From Auanema rhodensis (taxonomy: Eukaryota; Animalia; Nematoda), in assembly GCA_964057225.1 (NCBI GenBank), contig OZ059898.1:7192001-7256000 (forward strand): a stretch of DNA of 64,000 nt, written 5' to 3'. Shown one piece after another: positions 30,101-43,180 of the stretch (positions are counted from its first letter, which is position 1; each line of letters starts with the position of its first letter). Under the pieces are notes generated by a model. It searched no databases, was not told where the DNA came from, and saw only the letters and a program-made list of their open reading frames with translations. A program made the position numbers and the translations under genes.

Positions 30101-33100
30101 CAACTATCAATAGTTCCACGTATCAGGGAGGTGTTGGTGAACGGTACCAAGCGAACAAGCCTAAGGATCAGATTGATCGATCCTCAGACCCTTTAGATGG
30201 AACAACTATCAATAGTTCTACATTTCAAGGAGGAGCCGGTGAACGATATGAGATGAATAGACCGAAAGACCAATGGGAACGGTCATCTGGCCCTATGGAA
30301 GGGACCACTATTAACCGTTCTACTTTTCAAGGTGGAATAGGACAGCGATTTCAAATGAATAAACCGAAAGATCAGATTGATCGCTCGTCAGACCCTTTAG
30401 ATGGAACAACAATGAATCGATCAACTTATCAAGGAGGTGTTGGTGAACGGTACCAAGCGAATAAGCCTAAGGATCAGATTGATCGATCCTCAGACCCTTT
30501 AGATGGAACAACTATCAATAGTTCCACGTATCAGGGAGGTGTTGGTGAACGGTACCAAGCGAACAAGCCTAAGGATCAGATTGATCGATCCTCAGACCCT
30601 TTAGATGGAACAACTATCAATAGTTCTACATTTCAAGGAGGAGCCGGAGAACGATATGAGATGAATAGACCGAAAGACCAATGGGAACGGTCATCGGGCC
30701 CTATGGAAGGGACCACTATTAACCGTTCTACTTTTCAAGGTGGAATAGGACAGCGATTTCAAATGAATAAACCGAAAGATCAGATTGATCGATCCTCAGA
30801 CCCTCTAGATGGAACAACAATGAATCGATCAACTTATCAAGGAGGTGTTGGTGAACGGTACCAAGCGAACAAGCCTAAGGATCAGATTGATCGATCCTCA
30901 GACCCTTTAGATGGAACAACTATCAATAGTTCTACATTTCAAGGAGGAGCCGGTCAACGATATGAGATGATTAGACCGAAAGACCAATGGGAACGGTCAT
31001 CTGGTCCAATGGAAGGGACCACTATTAACCGTTCTACTTTTCAAGGTGGAATAGGACAGCGATTTCAAATGAATAAACCGAAAGATCAGATTGATCGATC
31101 CTTAGACCCTTTAGATGGAACAACTATCAATAGTTCCACGTATCAGGGAGGTGTTGGTGAACGGTACCAAGCGAACAAGCCTAAGGATCAGATTGATCGA
31201 TCCTCAGACCCTTTAGATGGAACAACTATCAATAGTTCCACGTATCAGGGAGGTGTTGGTGAACGGTACCAAGCGAACAAGCCTAAGGATCAGATTGATC
31301 GATCCTCAGACCCTTTAGATGGAACAACTATCAATAGTTCTACATATCAGGGAGGTGTTGGTGAACGGTACCAAGCGAACAAGCCTAAGGATCAGATTGA
31401 TCGATCCTCAGACCCTTTAGATGGAACAACTATCAATAGTTCTACATTTCAAGGAGGAGCCGGAGAACGATATGAGATGAATAGACCGAAAGACCAATGG
31501 GAACGATCATCTGGTCCAATGGAAGGGACCACTATTAACCGTTCTACTTTTCAAGGTGGAATAGGACAGCGATTTCAAATGAATAAACCGAAAGATCAGA
31601 TTGATCGATCCTCAGACCCTCTAGATGGAACAACTATCAATAGTTCCACGTATCAGGGAGGTGTTGGTGAACGGTACCAAGCGAACAAGCCTAAGGATCA
31701 GATTGATCGATCCTCAGACCCTTTAGATGGAACAACTATCAATAGTTCCACGTATCAGGGAGGTGTTGGTGAACGGTACCAAGCGAACAAGCCTAAGGAT
31801 CAGATTGATCGATCCTCAGACCCTTTAGATGGAACAACTATCAATAGTTCCACGTATCAGGGAGGTGTTGGTGAACGGTACCAAGCGAACAAGCCTAAGG
31901 ATCAGATTGGTCGATCCTCAGACCCTTTAGATGGAACAACTATCAATAGTTCTACATTTCAAGGAGGAGCCGGTGAACGATATGAGATGAATAGACCGAA
32001 AGACCAATGGGAACGGTCATCTGGCCCTATGGAAGGGACCACTATTAACCGTTCTACTTTTCAAGGTGGCATAGGTCAGCGATTTCAAATGAATAAACCG
32101 AAAGATCAGATTGATCGATCCTCAGACCCTTTAGATGGAACAACTATCAATAGTTCTACATTTCAAGGAGGAGCCGGTGAACGATATGAGATGAATAGAC
32201 CGAAAGACCAATGGGAACGGTCATCTGGCCCTATGGAAGGGACCACTATCAATAGTTCCACGTATCAGGGAGGTGTTGGTGAAAGGTACCAAGCGAATAA
32301 GCCTAAGGATCAGATTGATCTGTCCTCTGACCCTCTAGATGGAACAACAATGAATCGATCGACTTATCAGGGAGGTGTTGGAGAACGGTACCAAGCGAAC
32401 AAGCCTAAGGATCAGATTGATCGCTCGTCAGAACCTCTAGATGGAACCACCATCAATAGTTCTACGTATCAGGGAGGTGTTGGTGAAAGATATCAAGCGA
32501 ACAAGCCTAAGGATCAAATTAATCGTCCTTCTGATCCTCTAGATGGAACAACAATGAATCGATCGACTTATCAGGGAGGTGTTGGTGAACGGTACCAAGT
32601 GAACAAGCCTAAGGATCAGATTGATCGTCCTTCTGATCCTCTAGATGGAACCACCATCAATAGTTCTACATTTCAAGGAGGAGCCGGTGAACGATATGAG
32701 ATGAATAGACCAAAGGACCAATGGGAACGATCACCTGGCCCTATGGAAGGGACCACTATCAATAGTTCCACGTATCAGGGGGGTGTTGGAGAAAGGTACG
32801 AAGCGAATAAGCCTAAGGATCAGATTGATCGCTCGTCAGAACCTCTAGATGGAACAACAATGAATCGATCAACTTATCAAGGAGGTGTTGGAGAAAGGTA
32901 CCAAGCGAACAAGCCTAAGGACCAGATTGATCGCTCGTCAGACCCTCTAGATGGAACAACAATGAACCGATCAACTTATCAAGGAGGTGTTGGAGAAAGG
33001 TACCAAGCGAACAAGCCTAAGGACCAGATTGATCGCTCGTCAGATCCTCTAGATGGAACCACCATCAATAGTTCCACGTATCAGGGAGGTGTTGGTGAGA

Positions 33101-36100
33101 GGTACCAAGTGAACAAGCCTAAGGATCAAATTGATCGATCCTCAGACCCTCTAGATGGAACAACAATGAACCGATCAACTTATCAAGGAGGTGTTGGAGA
33201 AAGGTACCAAGCGAACAAGCCTAAGGACCAGATTGATCGCTCGTCAGACCCTCTAGATGGAACAACAATGAATCGATCAACTTATCAAGGAGGTGTTGGA
33301 GAAAGGTACCAAGCGAACAAGCCTAAGGACCAGATTGATCGCTCGTCAGATCCTCTAGATGGAACCACCATCAATAGTTCTACGTATCAGGGGGGTGTTG
33401 GTGAAAGATATCAAGCGAACAAGCCTAAGGATCAAATTAATCGTCCTTCTGATCCTCTAGATGGAACAACAATGAATCGATCGACTTATCAGGGAGGTGT
33501 TGGTGAACGGTACCAAGTGAACAAGCCTAAGGATCAGATTGATCGCTCGTCAGACCCTCTAGATGGAACAACAATGAATCGATCAACTTATCAAGGAGGT
33601 GTTGGAGAAAGGTACCAAGCGAACAAGCCTAAGGACCAGATTGATCGCTCGTCAGACCCTCTAGATGGAACAACAATGAACCGATCAACTTATCAAGGAG
33701 GTGTTGGAGAAAGGTACCAAGCGAACAAGCCTAAGGACCAGATTGATCGCTCGTCAGATCCTCTAGATGGAACCACCATCAATAGTTCCACGTATCAGGG
33801 AGGTGTTGGTGAGAGGTACCAAGTGAACAAGCCTAAGGATCAAATTGATCGATCCTCAGACCCTCTAGATGGAACAACAATGAACCGATCAACTTATCAA
33901 GGAGGTGTTGGAGAAAGGTACCAAACGAACAAGCCTAAGGACCAGATTGATCGCTCGTCAGATCCTCTAGATGGAACCACCATCAATAGTTCCACGTATC
34001 AGGGAGGTGTTGGTGAGAGGTACCAAGTGAACAAGCCTAAGGATCAAATTGATCGTCCTTCTGATCCTCTAGATGGAACCACCATCAATAGTTCCACGTA
34101 TCAGGGAGGTGTTGGTGAGAGGTACCAAGTGAACAAGCCTAAGGATCAAATTGATCGATCCTCAGACCCTCTAGATGGAACAACAATGAATCGATCGACT
34201 TATCAGGGAGGTGTTGGTGAACGGTACCAAGTGAACAAGCCTAAGGATCAAATTAATCGTCCTTCTGATCCTCTAGATGGAACAACAATGAACCGATCAA
34301 CTTATCAGGGAGGTGTTGGAGAAAGGTACCAAGCGAACAAGCCTAAGGACCAGATCGATCGCTCGTCAGATCCTCTAGATGGAACAACAATGAACCGATC
34401 AACTTATCAAGGAGGTGTTGGAGAAAGGTACCAAGCGAACAAGCCTAAGGACCAGATTGATCGCTCGTCAGATCCTCTAGATGGAACCACCATCAATAGT
34501 TCCACGTATCAGGGAGGTGTTGGTGAGAAGTACCAAGTGAACAAGCCTAAGGATCAAATTGATCGATCCTCAGACCCTCTAGATGGAACAACAATGAACC
34601 GATCAACTTATCAGGGAGGTGTTGGAGAAAGGTACCAAGCGAACAAGCCTAAGGACCAGATTGATCGCTCGTCAGATCCTCTAGATGGAACCACCATCAA
34701 TAGTTCCACGTATCAGGGAGGTGTTGGTGAGAGGTACCAAGTGAACAAGCCTAAGGATCAAATTGATCGTCCTTCTGATCCTCTAGATGGAACCACCATC
34801 AATAGTTCCACGTATCAGGGAGGTGTTGGTGAGAGGTACCAAGTGAACAAGCCTAAGGATCAAATTGATCGATCCTCAGACCCTCTAGATGGAACAACAA
34901 TGAATCGATCGACTTATCAGGGAGGTGTTGGTGAACGGTACCAAGTGAACAAGCCTAAGGATCAAATTAATCGTCCTTCTGATCCTCTAGATGGAACAAC
35001 AATGAACCGATCAACTTATCAGGGAGGTGTTGGAGAAAGGTACCAAGCGAACAAGCCTAAGGACCAGATCGATCGCTCGTCAGATCCTCTAGATGGAACA
35101 ACAATGAATCGATCGACTTATCAAGGAGGTGTTGGAGAAAGGTACCAAGCGAACAAGCCTAAGGACCAGATTGATCGATCCTCAGACCCTCTAGATGGAA
35201 CAACAATGAACCGATCAACTTATCAAGGAGGTGTTGGAGAAAGGTACCAAGCGAACAAGCCTAAGGACCAGATTGATCGCTCGTCAGATCCTCTAGATGG
35301 AACCACCATCAATAGTTCCACGTATCAGGGAGGTGTTGGTGAGAGGTACCAAGTGAACAAGCCTAAGGATCAAATTGATCGATCCTCAGACCCTCTAGAT
35401 GGAACAACAATGAACCGATCAACTTATCAGGGAGGTGTTGGAGAAAGGTACCAAGTGAACAAGCCTAAGGATCAGATTGATCGTCCTTCTGATCCTCTAG
35501 ATGGAACCACCATCAATAGTTCCACGTATCAGGGGGGTGTTGGAGAAAGGTACGAAGCGAATAAGCCTAAGGATCAGATTGATCGCTCGTCAGACCCTCT
35601 AGATGGAACAACAATGAATCGATCGACTTATCAGGGAGGTGTTGGTGAACGGTACCAAGTGAACAAGCCTAAGGATCAAATTAATCGTCCTTCTGATCCT
35701 CTAGATGGAACCACCATCAATAGTTCCACGTATCAGGGAGGTGTTGGTGAAAGGTACCAAGCGAACAAGCCTAAGGACCAGATTGATCGCTCGTCAGATC
35801 CTCTAGATGGAACCACCATCAATAGTTCCACGTATCAGGGAGGTGTTGGTGAACGGTACCAAGCGAACAAGCCTAAGGACCAGATTGATCGCTCGTCAGA
35901 TCCTCTAGATGGAACCACCATCAATAGTTCCACGTATCAGGGAGGTGTTGGAGAAAGGTACCAAGCGAACAAGCCTAAGGACCAGATCGATCGCTCGTCA
36001 GATCCTCTAGATGGAACAACAATGAACCGATCAACTTATCAAGGAGGTGTTGGAGAAAGGTACCAAGCGAACAAGCCTAAGGACCAGATTGATCGATCCT

Positions 36101-39100
36101 CAGACCCTCTAGATGGAACAACAATGAACCGATCAACTTATCAAGGAGGTGTTGGAGAAAGGTACCAAGCGAACAAGCCTAAGGACCAGATTGATCGCTC
36201 GTCAGATCCTCTAGATGGAACCACCATCAATAGTTCCACGTATCAGGGAGGTGTTGGTGAAAGGTACCAAGTGAACAAGCCTAAGGATCAGATTGATCGT
36301 CCTTCTGATCCTCTAGATGGAACCACCATCAATAGTTCCACGTATCAGGGAGGTGTTGGTGAACGGTACCAAGCGAACAAGCCTAAGGATCAGATTGATC
36401 GATCCTTAGACCCTCTAGATGGAACAACAATGAATCGATCAACTTATCAAGGAGGTGTTGGAGAAAGGTACCAAGCGAACAAGCCTATAGACCAGATTGA
36501 TCGCTCGTCAGACCCTCTAGATGGAACAACAATGAACCGATCAACTTATCAAGGAGGTGTTGGAGAAAGGTACCAAGCGAACAAGCCTAAGGACCAGATT
36601 GATCGCTCGTCAGATCCTCTAGATGGAACCACCATCAATAGTTCCACGTATCAGGGAGGTGTTGGTGAGAGGTACCAAGTGAACAAGCCTAAGGATCAGA
36701 TTGATCGTCCTTCTGATCCTCTAGATGGAACAACAATGAATCGATCGACTTATCAAGGAGGTGTTGGAGAAAGGTACCAAGCGAACAAGCCTAAGGACCA
36801 GATTGATCGCTCGTCAGATCCTCTAGATGGAACCACCATCAATAGTTCCACGTATCAGGGAGGTGTTGGTGAGAGGTACCAAGTGAACAAGCCTAAGGAT
36901 CAGATTGATCGTCCTTCTGATCCGTTAGATGGAACAACAATGAATCGATCGACTTATCAAGGAGGTGTTGGAGAAAGGTACCAAGCGAACAAGCCTAAGG
37001 ACCAGATTGATCGCTCGTCAGATCCTCTAGATGGAACCACCATCAATAGTTCCACGTATCAGGGAGGTGTTGGTGAGAGGTACCAAGTGAACAAGCCTAA
37101 GGATCAGATTGATCGTCCTTCTGATCCTCTAGATGGAACAACAATGAATCGATCGACTTATCAAGGAGGTGTTGGAGAAAGGTACCAAGCGAACAAGCCT
37201 AAGGACCAGATTGATCGTCCTTCTGATCCTTTAGATGGAACAACAATGAATCGATCGACTTATCAAGGAGGTGTTGGAGAAAGGTACCAAGCGAACAAGC
37301 CTAAGGATCAGATTGATCGTCCTTCTGATCCTCTAGATGGAACAACAATGAATCGATCGACTTATCAAGGAGGTGTTGGTGAAAGGTATCAAGCGAACAA
37401 GCCTAAGGACCAGATTGATCGCTCGTCAGACCCTCTAGATGGAACAACAATGAATCGATCGACTTATCAAGGAGGTGTTGGAGAAAGGTACCAAGCGAAC
37501 AAGCCTAAGGATCAGATTGATCGATCCTTAGACCCTCTAGATGGAACAACAATGAATCGATCAACTTATCAAGGAGGTGTTGGAGAAAGGTACCAAGCGA
37601 ACAAGCCTAAGGACCAGATTGATCGCTCGTCAGACCCTCTAGATGGAACAACAATGAATCGATCGACTTATCAGGGAGGTGTTGGAGAAAGGTACCAAGC
37701 GAACAAGCCTAAGGACCAGATTGATCGCTCGTCAGATCCTCTAGATGGAACCACCATCAATAGTTCCACGTATCAGGGAGGTGTTGGTGAGAGGTACCAA
37801 GTGAACAAGCCTAAGGATCAAATTGATCGATCCTCAGACCCTCTAGATGGAACCACCATCAATAGTTCCACGTATCAGGGAGGTGTTGGTGAACGGTATC
37901 AAGCGAATAAGCCTAAGGATCAAATTGATCGATCCTCAGACCCTCTAGATGGAACAACAATGAATCGATCGACTTATCAGGGAGGTGTTGGAGAAAGGTA
38001 CCAAGCGAACAAGCCTAAGGATCAGATTGATCGATCCTTAGACCCTCTAGATGGAACAACAATGAATCGATCAACTTATCAAGGAGGTGTTGGAGAAAGG
38101 TACCAAGCGAACAAGCCTAAGGACCAGATTGATCGCTCGTCAGACCCTCTAGATGGAACAACAATGAATCGATCGACTTATCAGGGAGGTGTTGGAGAAA
38201 GGTACCAAGCGAACAAGCCTAAGGACCAGATTGATCGCTCGTCAGATCCTCTAGATGGAACCACCATCAATAGTTCCACGTATCAGGGAGGTGTTGGTGA
38301 GAGGTACCAAGTGAACAAGCCTAAGGATCAAATTGATCGATCCTCAGACCCTCTAGATGGAACCACCATCAATAGTTCCACGTATCAGGGAGGTGTTGGT
38401 GAACGGTATCAAGCGAATAAGCCTAAGGATCAAATTGATCGATCCTCAGACCCTCTAGATGGAACAACAATGAATCGATCGACTTATCAGGGAGGTGTTG
38501 GAGAAAGGTACCAATTGAAGAAGCCTAAGGATCAGATTAATCGGCCGTTAGAACCTCTAGATGGAACAACAATGAATCGATCAACTTATCAAGGAGGTGT
38601 TGGAGAAAGGTACCAATTGAACAAGCCTAAGGATCAAATTGATCGTCCTTCTGATCCTCTAGATGGAACCACCATCAATAGTTCCACGTATCAGGGAGGT
38701 GTTGGTGAACGGTATCAAGCGAATAAGCCTAAGGATCAAATTGATCGATCCTCAGACCCTCTAGATGGAACAACAATGAATCGATCGACTTATCAGGGAG
38801 GTGTTGGAGAAAGGTACCAAGCGAACAAGCCTAAGGACCAGATCGATCGCTCGTCAGATCCTCTAGATGGAACAACAATGAATCGATCGACTTATCAAGG
38901 AGGTGTTGGAGAAAGGTACCAATTGAAGAAGCCTAAGGATCAGATTAATCGGCCGTTAGAACCTCTAGATGGAACCACCATCAATAGTTCCACGTATCAG
39001 GGAGGTGTTGGTGAGAGGTACCAAGTGAACAAGCCTAAGGATCAAATTGATCGATCCTCAGACCCTCTAGATGGAACAACGATGAATCGATCAACTTATC

Positions 39101-41226
39101 AAGGAGGTGTTGGAGAAAGGTACCAAGTAAACAAGCCTAAGGATCAGATTGATCGATCCTCAGATCCTCTAGATGGAACCACCATCAATAGTTCCACGTA
39201 TCAGGGAGGTGTTGGAGAAAGGTATCAAGCGAATAAGCCTAAGGATCAAATTGATCGATCCTCAGACCCTCTAGATGGAACCACCATCAATAGTTCCACG
39301 TATCAGGGAGGTGTTGGAGAAAGGTATCAAGCGAATAAGCCTAAGGATCAAATTGATCGATCCTCAGACCCTCTAGATGGAACCACCATCAATAGTTCCA
39401 CGTATCAGGGAGGTGTTGGAGAAAGGTATCAAGCGAATAAGCCTAAGGATCAAATTGATCGATCCTCAGACCCTCTAGATGGAACAACGATGAATCGATC
39501 AACTTATCAAGGAGGTGTTGGAGAAAGGTACCAAGTAAACAAGCCTAAGGATCAGATTGATCGATCCTCAGATCCTCTAGATGGAACCACCATCAATAGT
39601 TCCACGTATCAGGGAGGTGTTGGTGAGAGGTACCAAGTGAACAAGCCTAAGGATCAGATTGATCGATCCTCAGATCCTCTAGATGGAACCACCATCAATA
39701 GTTCCACGTATCAGGGAGGTGTTGGTGAAAGGTACCAATTGAACAAGCCTAAGGATCAGATTGATCGTCCTTCTGATCCTCTCGAAGGAACAACAATGAA
39801 TCGATCAACTTATCAAGGAGGTGTTGGAGAAAGGTACCAAGTGAACAAGCCTAAGGATCAAATTGATCGATCCTCAGACCCTCTAGATGGAACAACGATG
39901 AATCGATCGACTTATCAAGGAGGTGTTGGAGAAAGGTACCAAGTGAACAAGCCTAAGGATCAGATTGATCGTCCTTCTGATCCTCTCGAAGGAACAACAA
40001 TGAATCGATCAACTTATCAAGGAGGTGTTGGAGAAAGGTACCAAGTGAACAAGCCTAAGGATCAAATTGATCGATCCTCAGACCCTCTAGATGGAACAAC
40101 GATGAATCGATCGACTTATCAAGGAGGTGTTGGAGAAAGGTACCAAGTGAACAAGCCTAAGGATCAGATTGATCGTCCTTCTGATCCTCTCGAAGGAACA
40201 ACAATGAATCGGTCAACTTATCAAGGAGGTGTTGGAGAAAGGTACCAAGTGAACAAGCCTAAGGATCAGATTGATCGTCCTTCTGATCCTCTCGAAGGAA
40301 CAACAATGAATCGATCGACTTATCAAGGAGGTGTTGGAGAAAGGTACCAAGTGAACAAGCCTAAGGATCAGATTGATCGTCCTTCTGATCCTCTCGAAGG
40401 AACAACAATGAATCGGTCAACTTATCAAGGAGGTGTTGGAGAAAGGTACCAATTGAACAAGCCTAAGGATCAGATTGATCGTCCCTCTGATCCTCTAGAT
40501 GGAACAACGATGAATCGATCGACTTATCAAGGAGGTGTTGGAGAAAGGTACCAATTGAACAAGCCTAAGGATCAGATTGATCGTCCTTCTGATCCTCTAG
40601 ATGGAACAACAATGAATCGATCGACTTATCAAGGAGGTGTTGGAGAAAGGTACCAATTGAACAAGCCTAAGGATCAGATTGATCGTCCCTCTGATCCTCT
40701 AGATGGAACAACGATGAATCGATCGACTTATCAAGGAGGTGTTGGAGAAAGGTATCAAGTGAACAAGCCTAAGGATCAGATTGATCGTCCTTCTGATCCT
40801 CTAGATGGAACAACGATGAGTCGATCAACTTATCAAGGAGGTGTTGGTGAACGGTACCAAGTGAACAAGCGTAAGGATCAGATCGATCGTCCTTCTGATC
40901 CTCTAGAAGGAACCACAATGAATCGATCAACTTACCAAGGAGGTGTTGGAGAAAGGTATCAAGCGAAGAAGCCTAAGGATCAGATTGGTCGGCGGTCAGA
41001 CCCTCTAGATGGAACAACTATGAATCGATCGACTTATCAAGGAGGTGTTGGTGAACGATTTCCCACAATCAAACCAAAAGATCATATATCCGCTTTTGCT
41101 AGAATAAGTGAAGATAATGATATGATACCTTTGAAATATCGCCCTGCTAGAAATGTTCCGACAATACGAATAATATCGGCCGTTAAGAATAAAAGACATA
41201 TGGTTCAGACCTCAACTTTGTTTTGA
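27133..41226 (+). CDS. Giant (~4657 aa) 34-aa tandem-repeat protein, SAXO/STOP Mn-motif-like
   Basis: Exons 27133-27156, 27202-27302 and 27378-41226 splice in phase with canonical sites; the 13.8 kb last exon is open throughout; AATAAA near 41371. Confidence 0.85.
27586..41085 (+). repeat. Coding tandem array of 102-nt units, 132 full copies plus a partial copy
   Basis: First GER codon at 27586 and last at 41050; the difference 13464 equals 132 x 102. Consensus GERYQANKPKDQIDRSSDPLDGTT(I/M)N(S/R)STYQGGV. Confidence 0.97.
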
Positions 41227-41947
41227 TTGTTCGTATCATTTTTTTGAGGAAGTTTCTATTTTTATGTTTGAATTATTTAGGCTTGTTCATTATGTGTATC
41301 ATTTTTAGTGAAGCGGTTCTTTAGCGACATATCTTTCATAAATGTTTGTATAATTTGTTTCATCAATTAAAATAAATCATTCTTCAGCATGATGTGTTAA
41401 TTACGTTCAAATTTGTAATATATGCATTTCAAACTTTCAAAATGCTTCCAATTAGTTATCTTTTGGAGTCTCAAATCGATTTCTATTTTAACTACTACAG
41501 TACGACCTCCTTTTCAAGGTCTTTTCTGTCGGTTGTCGTGTTTAGCTCTCCCATTATTCCGCAAATCGATCAAGGTATATTTCTAGGTTTATTTGGTCGA
41601 TATTGGATATTTGAACGTATTTTCATACTACGAAACAATTACAGAAAAAAAATATACTTTTTAACTCTTTGTCTTTTCATTTAATTGGCGAAAAACATTA
41701 TGTTCATGTCCTACAGTCTCTCGTGTCCAAAACTTGCCTACAGTGAGATTCCTTTTCTCATTCAATCAATATTTTTTTATCCTTTTTATCTACATTATAT
41801 GATATATATCAATATATTCGTAATATTTCACCTAAATTTTTCATTTTAGTAGATATAATATACATTTATTTATATTTATAGAAACATGCCTTTACATACA
41901 TATTTCATAAATTTTTATCTTTTAATATAATAAATATTTCGATGTTT

Positions 41948-41949
<2 letters not shown>

Positions 41950-41980
<31 letters not shown>
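41950..41980. repeat. (TA)n microsatellite
   Basis: Visible TA run; a similar run lies at ~42897-42921. Confidence 0.85.
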
Positions 41981-41985
<5 letters not shown>

Positions 41986-43180
41986 GTCGAAATAAAATGA
42001 ATATTATAAATAAAATTCTTTGTTATTCTTCAAATTATTCCCTGATATCTTCGATTTCTTGATTATTGTGATGTATGACTAGAAACGAGTTTTCATCTGT
42101 CAGTCCCACCTCTTTGTCAGAATACAACGCTTCTACACTTTCTTTTTCTTTGTTTTACTTTTTCCTTATTTGTCCACATCATTTTACATAAATTTTATAA
42201 TTTTTCTTCATACTTTTATAGTATAATTAGCTATCATAATATATTGTAAGTTTGATATGATAATATATTTTCTATTTTTTTTAAATTGGTTATAGTTTGA
42301 ACAAGTTTTTAGTTATAAAGTTTAATTTCTTCTTACTTAGTTTTTATTTTTGGCTGAATAGTTTTCGAACAAAAAAAATACTCAGTTCAATTTTCGTATA
42401 GACATGATAGAAATAGATGGTGAAAAATAATGACGACCAGAAGTTAGATGATGAGGAAATTACAAGCAGATCATCTTCACCTCATCTCTCCAAGTGTGTC
42501 CTCATTTCTCCATTGAATATAATAACCGTAATACGAACATGTATGTACCTCGACTCTTCAAAAAGAATAGGACGACAGACAGACATATATTTGTATCATA
42601 ACTAAAGGTTACCTAGGTTATAGCTATCCTATATTGAATATAATTATATGAATAATATATAATTTTTTATTTAAACATACATATATCAATCCTTCTTTTA
42701 TTTTCAAATTTTCTATAGATTAAGATGAGGATAATCATATGCATAATAATTTTTGAAGTATATCTACATGCATATATTATGCGTATATAATCTTTTTAAT
42801 CTTATTGAAATATACGTATAGTTAAATTTATTATTATGCTAATTTATTTTATTTATAAAAATGAACAAATCATGATAATGATGATGATATATGAGTTATA
42901 TATATATATATATATATATATGTTTTAATGTCATTAGTTTTATCAAGCATTTTCCTTGCTTGTTCATATCCTAATCCTGTTATATATGGATCTAATCCAG
43001 TAACTATATGATATAAGTATATTGTTATAATTTATTCTTATCAAATTAAGTCTACTCGGTAATCTAAGACAGTTCTTTAAAAATCATTCTTTTAGATGCT
43101 TCTGTAAACTTTCTATGGGTTTCCCTGCCCTTGACTCTGTCAGGGATATTTAACTATCTAGGCTTACTACATCGTTAATA

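Noticed and set aside
27586-41085. CRISPR array or non-coding satellite interpretation
   Set aside because: There are no unique spacers, the context is eukaryotic, the unit is a multiple of 3, the frame is open throughout, and variation is often synonymous.
41394-43100. Short ORFs in the AT-rich intergenic region
   Set aside because: Low-complexity composition with no coding or transposon signature.
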